Made by a program: the position numbers and the translations under genes. From Heptranchias perlo (taxonomy: Eukaryota): DNA of 64,000 nt. The stretch is from contig NW_027139268.1 of NCBI RefSeq assembly GCF_035084215.1, positions 186,001 through 250,000 of the forward strand, in the 5' to 3' direction. Below are positions 33,712 through 46,032 of this stretch, piece by piece; within the stretch, counting starts at the first letter, position 1, and each line of letters starts with the position of its first letter. The notes beneath the pieces were generated by a model. That model saw nothing but the letters and a program-made list of their open reading frames with translations. It made no database searches and had not been told where the DNA came from.

Positions 33712-35110
33712 GAACTAGTTAAAGTGTGAGGTTTGCAACGAAGCCGCCTTGTGTTCTCGGAGTCTCCAGAAAGACCAGCACTCCCCACGGGCCAGGAGCC
33801 AATCGAAGTGCTCTAACCGTCCAGACCTTCGGCGAGCTGTCCGAGTTTCTTATTGGCCCTGCCCACAGGTGAGCAGTGGTTCCAGTGCGCCATCTCAAAT
33901 TTCAGAAGCGTCTCCAACCTCTCCCGCCATCAGTATACATCCACAGGGTGAGCAACTGTGAAGGTGCACTATTTTCAACAAGGCTGTTTAGCAGCGTGAA
34001 GACGTCACACCAGTACATCCACAGAGAGAAGCAGCTATTCCAGACTGAAGACCCTCCTGAGGCAGCAATGTGTCCACACAGGCTGAGAATCCTTCCAGTG
34101 CAGCATCTGCACAAGTGATTCGCACACTCTGACTTTGGGCAAGAAACCGATCAAATCTCCCATGTGTTGGAAAGGCTCCAACTGCTGATCCACCAACACA
34201 AGCACGAGGGCGGCGGTCTCTCCCGGAGCGCGGGGGGGCGGCGGTCTCTCCCGGAGCGCGCGGGGGGGCGGCGGTCTCTCCCGGAGCGCGCGGGGGGCGG
34301 CGGTCTCTCCCGGAGCGCGCGGGGGGCGGCGGTCTCTCCCGGAGCGCGGGGGGGGCGGCGGTCTCTCCCGGAGCGCGCGGGGGGCGGCGGTCTCTCCCGG
34401 AGCGCGCGGGGGGGGCGGCGGTCTCTCCCGGAGCGCGCGGGGGAGGCGGCGGTCTCTCCCGGAGCGCGCGGGGGGCGGCGGTCTCTCCCGGAGCGCGCGG
34501 GGGGCGGCGGTCTCTCCCGGAGCGCGCGGGGGGCGGCGGTCTCTCCCGGAGCGCGCGGGGGCGGCGGTCTCTCCCGGAGCGCGGGGGGGGCGGCGGTCTC
34601 TCCCGGAGCGCGCGGGGGGCGGCGGTCTCTCCCGGAGCGCGCGGGGGCGGCGGTCTCTCCCGGAGCGCGGGGGGGGCGGCGGTCTCTCCCGGAGGCAGTA
34701 GTAGGGTCACTTAGCCTTGACATCTCTGGGCCAGGGAGGGGGAAAGTCAGTCACTGAAAGTGAAAGAGATACAGACAATGTTAGAGAAAAACCCCATCGA
34801 AAATGAAACCCGGGCAATGGCTGGAAGGAGACCGTTCAATGCTCCCAGTGACCATTTGTTGTTTCATTCTTACCTCTCTCTCTTACCCCTCCCCCCTGCC
34901 CATATTCTCCTCTCCCCTACTGAAGGAGCAGCCTCTTGCCCAGGCAGGGCCTGTCTTTCAGTACTTCACCCACACTGATGGTGAACGATTACCCACACTG
35001 CGATGATGAAGATAGCACTCCGTGTAGTGGGGGAAGGCCTTTAAGAGTACGTCCAATGTGACGTATCACCATCGTGCCCACAGCAGATTAAAGCTTTCAA
35101 CCCAGTAGTG
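33712..35110 (+). pseudogene. decayed C2H2 fingers downstream of the ZNF stop
   Basis: Out-of-frame remnants: AAGTGTGAGGTTTGCAACGAAGCC, CATCAGTATACATCCACAGGGTGAG, CACCAGTACATCCACAGAGAGAAG, CACCATCGTGCCCACA. Confidence 0.65.
34207..34694. repeat. ~29-31-bp extremely GC/CpG-rich minisatellite (GGCGGCGGTCTCTCCCGGAGCGCGCGGGG)
   Basis: Direct periodicity with variable G-run length. Confidence 0.95.
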
Positions 35111-35889
35111 ACCGCACCGAAGAAGTCATGTTGAGCACTAAGTAGCTTTTAATGGTCGCGATTTTATGTTAAAGGGGATAACAACTTTGGGTAAAACTTT
35201 CTGCAGCTTCTGAAACTGTAGCTTTGTGATATTTCCATTTTTCTCCCAGGTTTACCTTCCATTCTCCCCTCTCCCTGCGGTTCAGCCCCACGGCCCTGGC
35301 AGTGTCCCAGGTGGGTAAAAGCCTTGCCTGGTCTCGTACTGTTTAAATTAGCTGGAGGCATCAAGCAGATTTCATCCTGCAGAGATTTTCTGTGAGAGGA
35401 AATGGCAGCTCTTTGGGAGAGGGGATCTTACGTTACTACGGTCTGCTTTTATTTCTTTGTAACCTGCTTTCCACCCCATTTTACAGGGGGCTCCCTGCCT
35501 CATGGACCCTGTGAACTGCAAGTTGTGCTGCTGTGTTTCTCGTGTTTTGGCCTTGAAGGAGGCCACAGCGCTCGAGAGCAGGCTCTGTGCTGGAATTTGA
35601 ATTGCTCCTGCCTCTCCACTTCACACCGGTGCAGATGTGAACATCCCGCAATGGAGCAGAATCCTTGAAAATGGGGTCTGTTTTAAAACCGGCGGCTGTC
35701 CGCAGAGGAGGCTGAGGATGGGGTCACTTCATAGCTCCAAAACGCTGTGCCAAGGCATGTGGAGATACAGGTTCACGGATGCATTCGCCTTCATGGACAT
35801 GATCTCAGACCAGCTGCTGAGCGAAGGGCCTGAATAGCGACAAGCTACAGGGAGGGAGGGGATATCAAAGGACTTTGCTGCCGTCCTCA

Positions 35890-38200
35890 GAATGTTACTT
35901 GCCACTTATCAGCCCAAGCCTGGATGTTGTCCAGGTCTTGCTGCATGCGGGCTCGGACTGCTTCATTATCTGAGGGGTTGCAAATGGAACTGAACACTGT
36001 GCAATCAACAGCGAACATCCCCATTTCTGACCTTATGATGGAGGGAAGGTCATTGATGAAGCAGCTGAAGATGGTTGGGCCTAGGACACTGCCCTGAGGA
36101 ACTCCTGCAGCAATGCCCTGGGGCTGAGATGATTGGCCTCCAACAACCACTCCCATCTTCCTTTGTGCGAGGTATGATTCCAGCCACTGGAGAGTTTTCC
36201 CCCTGATTCCCATTGACTTCAGTTTTACTAGGGCTCCTTGGTGCCACACTCGGTCAAATGCTGCCTTGATGTCAAGGGCAGTCACTCCCACCTCACCTCT
36301 GGAATTCAGCTCTTTTGTCCATGTTTGGACCAAGGTTGTAATGAGGTCTGGAGCCGAGTGGTCCTGGCGGAACCCAAACTGAGCATCAGTGAGCAGGTTA
36401 TTGGTGAGTAAGTGCCGCTTGATAGCACTGTCGACGACACCTTCCATCACTTTGCTGATGATTGAGAGTAGACTGATGGGGCGGTAATTGGCCGGATTGG
36501 ATTTGTCCTGCTTTTTGTGGACAGGACATACCTGGGCAATTTTCCATATTGTCGGGTAGATGCCAGTGTTGTAGCTGTACTGGAACAGCTTGGCTAGAGG
36601 CGCGGCTAGTTCTGGAGCACAAGCCTTTAGCACTACAGCTGGGATGTTGTTGGGGCTCATAGCCTTTGCTGTATCCAGTGCACTCAGCCGTTTCTTGATA
36701 TCATGTGGAGTGAATCGAATTGGCTGAAGACTGGCTTCCTGTGATGGTGGGGATATCGGGAGGAGGCCAAGATGGATCGTCCACTCAGCACTTCTGGCTG
36801 AAGATGGTTGCAAACGCTTCAGCCTTGTCTTTTGCACTCACATGCTGGACTCTGCCATCATTGAAGGTGGGGATGTTCACGGAGCCTCCTCCTCCCGTTA
36901 GTTGTTTAATTGTCCACCACCATTCACGACTGGATGTGGCAGGACTGCAGAGCTTTGATCTGATCCGTTGGTTGTGGAATCGCTTAGCTCTGTCTATAGC
37001 ATGTTGCTTCCACTGTTTAGCATGCATGTAGTCCTGAGTTGTAGCTTCATCAGGTTGGCATCTCATTTTCAGGTACGCCTGGTGCTGCTCCTGGCATGCT
37101 CTTCTACACTCCTCATTGAACCAGGGTTGATCCCCTGGCTTGTTGGTAATGGTAGAGTGAGGAATATGCCGGGCCATGAGGTTACAGATTGAGCTGGAAT
37201 ATAATTCTGCTGCTGCTGATGGCCCACAGTGCCTCATGGATGCCCAGTTTTGAGCTGCTAGATCTGTTCTGAATCTATCCCATTTAGCATGGTGGTAATG
37301 CCACACAACACGTTGGATGGTGTCCTCAGTGCGAAGACGGGACTTTGTCTCCACGAGGACTGTGCGGTGGTCACTCCTACCAATACTGTCATGGACAGAT
37401 GCATCTACGACAGGTAGATTGGTGAGGACGAGATCAAGTTGGTTTTTCTCTCGTGTTGGTTCGCTCACCACCTGCCGCAGGCCCAGTCTGGCAGCCATGT
37501 CCTTCAGGACTCGGCCAGCTCGGTCAGTAGTGGTGCTATCGAGCCACTCTTGGTGATGGACATTGAAGTCTCCCACCCAGAGTGCATTCTGTGCCCTTGC
37601 TACCCTCAGTGCTTCCTCCAAGTGGTGCTCAACATGGAGGAGGACTGATTCATCAGCTGAGGGAGGACGGTAGGTGGTAATCAGCAGGAGGTTTCCTTGC
37701 CCATGTTTGACCTGATGCCATGAGATTTCATGGGGTCCGGAGTCAATGTTGAGGACTCCCTCCTGACTGTATATTACTGTACCGCCACCTCTGGTGGGTC
37801 TGGCCTGCCGATGGTTTGCCTTTGTTGTGTCCGATGCTGGGTGCTCCATCCGGTTTTATTCTTATTATGACTTTGTTTAGCGAGATTGTACAACTGAGTG
37901 GCTTGCTAGGCCATTTCAGAGGGCGATTAAGAATCAACCACATTGCTGTGGGTCTGGAGTCACATATAGACCAGACCGGGTAAAGACGGCAGGTTTCCCT
38001 CCCTAAAGGAAGGAAATTCATTCGTGAACCAGATGGGTTTTTACGACAATCCGGTAGTTTCATGGCCACCATTAGTGATGCTAGTTTTTTTTATTCCAGA
38101 TTTTATTTAATTAATTGAATTTAAATTCCCCAGCTGCCGTGGTGGGATTTGAACTCATGACTCCAGATTATTAGTCCAGTAACGTAACCACGATGGTACC
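35890..38200 (-). mobile_element. second CR1-group LINE: tRNA-like head/5' UTR + APE endonuclease + RT (frameshifted, internally deleted, 3' truncated)
   Basis: GGGTVIY, YRPP, WVGDFNVHH, LDLVLTN, SDH (APE); NYRPISLLS, QFGFR, ALDIKAAFDRVWH, GVPQGSVLGP, MFAVD (RT); minus-strand B box GAGTTCAAATCC at 38145-38156. Confidence 0.92.
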
Positions 38201-38206
38201 GTACCC

Positions 38207-39070
38207 GACTTGTGCCTTGTAGATGGTGGAAAGGCTTTTGGGAGTCAGGAGGTGAGTCACTCACCGCAGAATACCCAGCCTCTGACCTGCTCTTGTAGCC
38301 GCAGTATTTATGTGGCTAGTCCAGATAAGTTTCTGGTCAATGGTGACCCCCAGGATGTTGATGGTGGGAGATTCGGCGATGGTAATGCTGTTGAATGTCA
38401 AGGGGAGGTGGTTGGACTCTCTCTTGTTGGAGATGATCATTGCCTGGCACTTGTCTGGCGCGAATGTTACAAGAGCAGGTCAGAGGCTGGGTATTCTGTG
38501 GCAAGTGACTCACCTCCTGACTCCCCAAAGCCTACAAGGCATCTACAAGGCACAAGTCAGGAGTAAGATGGAATGTCTCCACTTGCCTGGATGAGTGCAG
38601 CTCCAACAACATTCAAGAAGCTCGACATCATCCAGGACAAAGCAGCCCGCTTGAGTGGCACCCCATCCACCACCCTAAACCGGGTGACCCACCAGCGCAC
38701 AGTGGCTGCAGTGTGTACCATCCACAGGATGCACTGCAGCAACTCACCAAGGCTTCTTCAACAGCACCTCCCAAACCCACAACCTCTACCATCTAGAAGA
38801 CAAGGGCAGCAGGTACATGGGAACAACACCACCTGCACGTTCCCCTCCAGGTCACACACCATCCCAACTTGGAAATATATCGCCGTTCCTTCATCATCGC
38901 TGAGTCAAAATCCTGGAGCTCCCTTCCTAACAGCACTGTGGGAGAACCTTCACCACACGGACTGCAGCGGTTCAAGAAGGCGGCTCACCACCACCTTCTC
39001 AAGGGCAATTAGGGATGGGTAATAAATGCCGGCCTCGCCAGCGACGCCCACATCCCATGAACGAATAAAA
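38207..39070. mobile_element. same LINE family, 3' end with an inverted segment (38207-38470 minus, 38468-39070 plus)
   Basis: 38207-38297 is the reverse complement of 38468-38559; intact tail GAACGAATAAAA at ~39070. Confidence 0.85.
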
Positions 39071-40269
39071 TTAAGAGTCGAGACCTGTGAGCAGGACACC
39101 CGCTGCGGGGAGGGGAGTGCATGAAGTGGGGGCAATTCTAAAAGAGTTTCTTTTGTCTTGTTGTTAGGGTTGAGTGCAGGCAATCCTCAGTGGATGGCTG
39201 GAGTGAGCACAGAGGTTGAAAGGTGATGTCCGCTTTTGTTTGTGGTACAGTTTGTAGACCGATCTCCATGAGCCCAACATCGTTTCACAAACACTTCAGG
39301 CAATGTGTTTTGGAGGTTTGCCGTTGTGAGAAGCAGACTGCCATTATCGACAGTGGCTGACCCATCAGTGATTATCCTTAATGATAATATTTTCCAAAAC
39401 ACCTGGGATGTAACAGTTGTGCTTTGATTAACAAGAAGGATGTTGCTCACAGAATGCGGCCTGACATCAAAGAAAATCTAGGTCATAACTGGGATATTTC
39501 AGTGTAACAATGTGGAGGCAGAACTCCGTGGAGCTGTCGACCCCATTATTCTATTTACTCAAGATACGGTTAAAAGACTCTTGAAAAGGACTCTCAAGCA
39601 TCTTGAAACGCTTTCTTGGTTTCAGAAAGTAGTTTAAAACATTGGTGTAAGTTAAATACTTTGTTGCTGTGTCTCTGATTCTGTGTAAATTTACAACCTC
39701 CAATAAACTTGTTTTTAGATTTAGCCTAAACTATATGGTCTGTCAGCATGGTATATTTTTTTCACCTATAGAAACAGACAGGAGTGAACGCTGGGCGTCC
39801 TGCATGTCTTCTGTTGCAAATTAATTGAGTGCGTTGTGGTCGTTCCTGCTTCACCCACGAGGTTTCAGGTGGTTGGAGCTGTGGACCTTCCCATTAAATG
39901 CACCTTGTTGCTCTGAGCATGATGATTGGGCGGAAAGCCTGAATCATAAGAGTGGTTACCAGCTGCTAACCACTGTTCATTGCTGCTGGTAACCGTGCAA
40001 CCATTTTGTTGAAAGATGCGATGATGAACAATAACTTGCATTTATATAGCGCCTTTAACGTAACGAAATGTCCCAAAGCCCTGCTTCAGGAAGCCATTAA
40101 TGACGAAAACCCTTTTTTGTGCACTTCAAAAACTGAAGCTCCAATTTTAGCCGAACTCGCCCGGTGGAAATGTGAGGGGTTCAGGTCGGATACCCTTTTA
40201 CACACCGTATGATTTTACTCTCCGTTGAACTCGTTGCTCTGAACTCTCTTCTCTTCTCCCTTCTAACCA

Positions 40270-40494
40270 TTGTAAACAATTTTACAACACCAAGTTATAG
40301 TCCAGCAATTTTATTTTAAATTCACAAGCTTTCGGAGGCTTCCCCCTTCGTCAGGTGAACTATGTGAACGACCTGACGAAGGGGGAAGCCTCCGAAAGCT
40401 TGTGAATTTAAAATAAAATTGCTGGACTATAACTTGGTGTTGTAAAATTGTTTACAATTGTCAACCCCAGTCCATCACCGGCATCTCCACATCA
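40270..40494. mobile_element. Penelope-like terminal-repeat insertion forming an 87-bp perfect palindrome, with 13-bp TSD
   Basis: Arms 40270-40356 and 40371-40457; TSD TCCCTTCTAACCA at 40257-40269 and 40495-40507. Confidence 0.85.
40321..40359 (-). ncRNA. minimal type I hammerhead ribozyme (Penelope-associated)
   Basis: Minus strand UUCAC-CUGACGA-AGGGGGAAGCCUCC-GAAA-GCUU-GUGAA: stem I, core, stem II, self-complementary AGCU as stem III; partial second copy on + at 40371-40407. Confidence 0.72.
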
Positions 40495-41231
40495 TCCCTT
40501 CTAACCAGTTTGCTATCCTTCCCCTTATTAGAAAAGGTTAATTTCAGGTGTGGTATCTTGACGAAGGCTTTCGTAAAGTCCATCTACACCGCATCCAGTG
40601 CATTTCCCCCATCTACCATGTCTGTTACTTCCTGTAGGAATTCTGTGAGCACGATCGTCTCTTTTCAAATCCATTCTGGCTTCTTCTAACTCTTTTCTCT
40701 ATCTAAATATGTGGTGACTTCATCCTTTAATTAAAGACACTGTTTTAAAAAAGAATTCCTCCACATATATTGTCCAAGATCCCCAAATCGTGGCAATTTT
40801 GTTGGAAGGACGGACTTTCCGGCTGCAATCTTTCCGACATGGTCTTCACAACATCACCTTCAGTCACACTGTGTCAATGTTTTTACACCGGAGGGAGGCC
40901 AGTTTCCAGCGTGACGTGCGTCAGACGCCATCTTGGTATAGGAGTTTGCGCAGGCGCAGATAACGAACGCTGGAATCAGGTAAAGGAGGGAGAAAATGGC
41001 TTCAATCAGTGTACAACGCTGATTTAAAGTGATAAGTCCCAAAATGGTGTCTAACGCTCAACTCAACGCACAGTCTTAACCCCAACCATCTGAACATGTC
41101 TTAGAGTGTCTGGAGGACCCCCCACCAGCACTATTTAAAGGGACCATGCAGGATTTACAGGTCAGTGGCTGGATTATTGCTTCTGGCTTCCGAGACATTT
41201 CTAGCTGTTTTTGGAGGTCTCCTGGTCTTCA

Positions 41232-41515
41232 ATACTAGGACACGGGGACATAGTCTAACATTTAGAGCCAGGACGTGCAGGAGTGAAGTTAGGAAATGCT
41301 TCTACACGCAAAGGGTGGGAGATGTTTGGAATGCTCTTCTACAGACAGCAGTTGATGCTAGCTCACTTGTGAAAGTTAAATCTGATATTGATCGATTTCT
41401 GTGAACCAAGGGTATTATGGGATATGGGGCTAAGGTGGGTATATGGAGTTAGGTCACAGGTCCACCATGATCTCATTGAATGGTGGAACAGGCTCGAGGG
41501 GCTAAATGCCACTGC
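41232..41515 (+). mobile_element. CR1 3' tail fragment nested in the Harbinger remnant
   Basis: TRTRGHSL, YTQRVGDVWNAL, gggctaaatg tail. Confidence 0.8.
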
Positions 41516-41759
41516 CGCTTGCTGCCTCTTGATATGCACCACCTTCTCCTGTGTCTGGGTGATGTTCCTGTCATGGTTGAATAGCTGCCAGTGTGTGTGG
41601 CCTGTGAGTTGTGGGTGGGCGGCTTGAAACAGTGGTAATGTGTAAGGGTGAGAGGAAGCATCTGATGGGAAGAGTTGAGTACTGATGGAAAGAGTTTGTT
41701 GGTATGTGGGTGATGGGGGTGTAGTGTGTGGGGCAGTTGGTTGGAGACACCACCTGACA

Positions 41760-42021
41760 ATTGACCTCACTCACCTTGACCACTCATGTCAAAGCATTGA
41801 ACTTCTTCCTGCACTGCGTCCATGTTCATGATGCTGTGCTCCTGGCATTGACTTCGTCCCCCGCTGCCTCCCACTGCCTTTTGGATATATGTTTGGAGGG
41901 CCTCTTGCCCCCACCCCCCACCGCCCCACAACTGCAGATACAGGATGTCCCTCCTTCTGTCCACCTCTTGCACCAAGGCCTCTAGTGCATCAGCAGAGAA
42001 CCTTGGTGCACGCACTCTCAC
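41760..42021 (-). mobile_element. Harbinger-type Myb/SANT-like DNA-binding ORF remnant (frameshifted)
   Basis: RAPRFSADALEALVQEVDRRRDIL, then in another frame TWTQCRKKFNAL; flanks (~40850-42350) are probably the same element. Confidence 0.72.
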
Positions 42022-44040
42022 AGGCCTGGTACCAACTCAGATCAGCAGATTGGTGAGGTCTGGTGTGCAGATTGGAGGATGTGGGATTTAGTAGTGCGCA
42101 ACCTTTATTCAATGTTTTAACATAACTCATCAATTTGTAAACAGAGGGATGGAACCTGCATCTGTGTTTTACGTGTGTCATGTCTGATCTCCGTGCAGAC
42201 ATTTGACTGTTATTTTCAGCAAATAACTGGGACAAGCTACCTTTAAGAGATGCCTAAGAAACGTCTTCCCTTTAAGAGATGGAGCTCCCTCTGGTGGTGG
42301 GAAGTGTAAATTGCATTGATTCCAGGTGCAAGGCCTGGGATGGAATGACCTGGGTCCCAACTTGCGTCTTGCCTGCCCAGGGTCCTTCGGGCACGGGGTG
42401 TTACCATCGCCCAGAACGGACTCTTATCCAATTTTTCCCCATGAGTGATTGGAAAAGATAATGAGCTATCCCAAAGAGAAATGAGGCAGATAGTTTACTT
42501 ATCCACGTTACCTCAGCTTGTAAACAATTGGAGCCTCCAGAGGAGTCAATCAGCTGATTATTGATCATTCAGGAAAGATCTCTCCACCATTAAGATAGGT
42601 TTTATTTTCAGTCGAAGTGTGTGGAGTGCCCGTTTTAAAGATAGACTGGGGCTGCAGTCCTTGTCTCTGTACCAGAAATGAGGGTTCTAGACCCAGGAGT
42701 CAAACGCTTGCAAGTTTATGAAGAGTTACATGAACACACACGGCGATGCTCTGCTGTAGAAGATCACACGTTAGTCACTGAGCTCAACTTTCTACATCTC
42801 TTCCCTCTGTCTCCTCTTCTAACTTCTGATTACGATCTTGCTCTTTTCATTTCCTTTCTCACTGTACAAGTCCATATACATTCTCTTTACACACTCTGTA
42901 CAAACTTATACGAGTCTTTATCGAGAAGTTCCAGGTTCTCTAAAGATCTATCACTCGAGGCTTCCTTTCTGAGGTCTCTGGTCCCGAAGGTGAGCACAAA
43001 CTGTTCAGGGTTAGCAAGGTAAGGAAGGCAGCATCATGACTACACTTTGGATAAGTTAGTCTCAAGGCATGCAAAAACAGTGAAGCCCAGATCGAAATAA
43101 TTGAGGTGTAACTTGACCTCGATCAGGCTACTTGTGACCTCTGTCCTCTGACCTCTGCACTGTCGGCTAAGTTTGCAGACTTTAAACTTTTGGGTTTAGT
43201 ATAAAATTGATTCCTTTAATAGCTCGTGTTCCCTTAACACCATTGTGGTTTAATTAAATCATAGAAGGTTTTTTGTTCACACAGTCCGAGGCAAGAGGGC
43301 CATCTGTTTCTCCAGTCATGGTGAGTCCAGGCAGCAGGCTCAGATACTAACATCTGCAGCTTGTAACTAAGGAAGATATGGCCAGTTAGATTAGGGACAG
43401 TTTGAACTGAGGTTTGCCCAGAATAGTTGACAGTCACATATTTGTTTTTTTTTACAGTGCAAGAAGAGGTATAAGATAGATGCATCTCTCTAGAAATTAT
43501 ATTATATAGAATGTATAGCACAGAAACAGGCCATTCGGCCCAACCGGTCCATGTCGGTGTTTATGCTCCACACGAGCCTCCTCCCTCCCCTCTTCATCTA
43601 ACCCTATCAGCATAATCTTCTATTCCTTTCTCCCTCATGTGTTTATCCAGCTTCCCCTTAAATGCATCTACACTATTTCCCTCAACTACTCCTTGTGGTA
43701 GTGAGTTCCACATTCTAACTACTCTCTGGGTAAAGAAGTTTCTCCTGAATTCCCCATTGGATTTATTAGTGACTATCTTATATTTATGGCCTTTAGTTCT
43801 GGTCTCCCCTGCAAGTGGAAATATCTTCTCTATCGAACCGTTTCATAATCTTAAAGTCCTCTATCAGGTCACCCCTCAGTCTTCTCTTTTCTAGAGAAAA
43901 GAGCCCCAGTCTGTTCATTCTTTCCTGATAGTTATAACCTCTCAGCTCTGGTCTCATCCTAGTAAATCTTTTTGCACCTTCTCTAGTGCCTCTATATCCT
44001 TTTTATAATATGGAGACCAGGACTGTTCACAGTATTCCAA

Positions 44041-44283
44041 GGGGGTGATTTTTAACCCCCAAGAACGGGTGGATTGGGGGTGGGTAGGAGTTGAAAATAA
44101 TTTTTTTTGGGGTCGCAACCGCAAAATTTTCGGACTTTGCATTCCCAGTGGGAAGCCTGGACTTTTACTCACCGACGTTAAACCTGGAAATAAAGCCGGG
44201 TTACGGTCACCACCCAAAAAACAACTATTTTCAACTCCCACCCGCCCCCAACCCACCCATTCTTGGGGTTTAAAATCACCCCC
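44041..44283. mobile_element. Harbinger/PIF-type MITE (same family as 16152-16396)
   Basis: GGGGGTGATTTT...AAAATCACCCCC TIRs; TSD CAA. Confidence 0.9.
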
Positions 44284-46032
44284 CAAGTGTGGTCTAACCA
44301 AGGTGCAATGCAAGTTTAAGATAACTTCTCTGCTTTTCAATTCTATCCCTTTAGAAATGAACCCCAGTACTTGGCTTTTTTTATGACCTTATTAACCCGT
44401 GTTGCTACTTTTAGTGATTTGTGTATCTGTACCCTCAGATCCCTCTGCTCCTATTATCCAAGCAGTATGTGGCCCCCTTATTCTTCCTACCAAAATGTAC
44501 CACCTCACACTTATTTACATTGAAATTCATTTGCCAATTACACGCCCATTCTGCAAGTTTATTAATGATTTCCTGTATTTAGTTGGAATCCTCTTCTGTA
44601 TTAACTATACCCCCCAATTTGGTGGTGTCCACAAATTTCAAAATTGTTCTTCCGATTCCAGAGTCCAAATCGTTGATGTAAATGATGAACAACAGTGGTC
44701 CCAGCACCGATCCCTGGGGAACACCACTTCCCACCTTTTGCCAGTCTGAGTAACTACCTTTAACCCCCTACTCTCTGTTTTCTGTATTGTACCCAGTTTG
44801 CTATCCATTCTGTTACCTGTCCCCTGACTCCACATGACCTTAGTCATGAGTCTACAATGTGGTACCTTATCGAAGGCCTTTTGAAAATCCAAATATATTC
44901 CATCTACTGCATTACTCTGGTCTACTCTTTCTGTTGGTCAAGCATGACCTTCCCTTCTGAAATCCGTGCTGACTGTTCTTTATTATATTTTCAGTTTCCA
45001 GATGTTTTTCTATTACATCTTTGAGTAAAGATTCCATTATCTTTCCTATCACCGACGTTAAGCTAATTGGTCTAGAGTTCCCTGGACTTGTTCAATCTCC
45101 CTTTTTAAATATAGGAATCACATTAACTGTCCGCCAGTCCTCTGGCACTATTCCCTTTTCTAATGAATGTTTCTATATATGTAATCGTGCCTCTGCTATC
45201 TCTTCCCTAACTTCTTTTAATATTCACGGATGCAATCCATCCGGACCAGGGGTTTTACCCTCTCTAAGTTTGATCCGTTTATCAATTATCTCCCACTTTC
45301 TATCATAAATGTCTTTTTATCTTCTTTGATCTCTTCTTCTAATGTCCTGCCCACCGTGTTAGTCTCCCTGGGAAATACTGAGGCAAAGTCATTATTTAAT
45401 ATTTCTGCCATTTTGCTGTCATTACCTGTGAGTTTATCGTGTGGATCCCTCAGTGGCCCTGTCCCGATCCTGACATTTCTTGTATTTTATGTGTCTGTAG
45501 ATTATTTTACTATTTCTTTTTATATTCAGTGATAATTTAATTTCATAGTTCACCTTCCTAATTGTTTTTTTGATTTATTTCCTAACTTTTTCATATTCCC
45601 TTTTGTCATCCTCTCCTTTATTGTCTGTGTACTTAGTGTGTGCCTTTTTCGTCAATTTCAATTTTACCCTTGTCTCTTTATTTATCATTGTGTATCATTA
45701 CTGGCTAGTTTGTTCTTGCTTTTTAGTGGGATATATTTCTCTGGACTCCATTGATCACTGTTTTAAATATTTCCCACTGCTGTTCTATTTCTTTGTTTGT
45801 CAGTCAATTTTTCCAGTTTATTTTCCCTCGTTCCATTCTCAGCCCCTTAAAATCAGCTTTTTTCCAATTTATTACTTTGGTCTTTGTCTTACTCATGCTC
45901 TTCTCAATTTTTATCGTAAACCTTATTATGATGTGATCACTGTTGCCTAGGTGTTCCCCAACTCTTACTTCTCTTAACTGTCCTTGTTCATTTCCCATTA
46001 TCAAATCCAGCAGTGCTCCTCTCCTGTTGGGC

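Noticed and set aside
33988-34757. Pro/Arg/Gly-rich ORFs
   Set aside because: Translations of the GC-rich VNTR.
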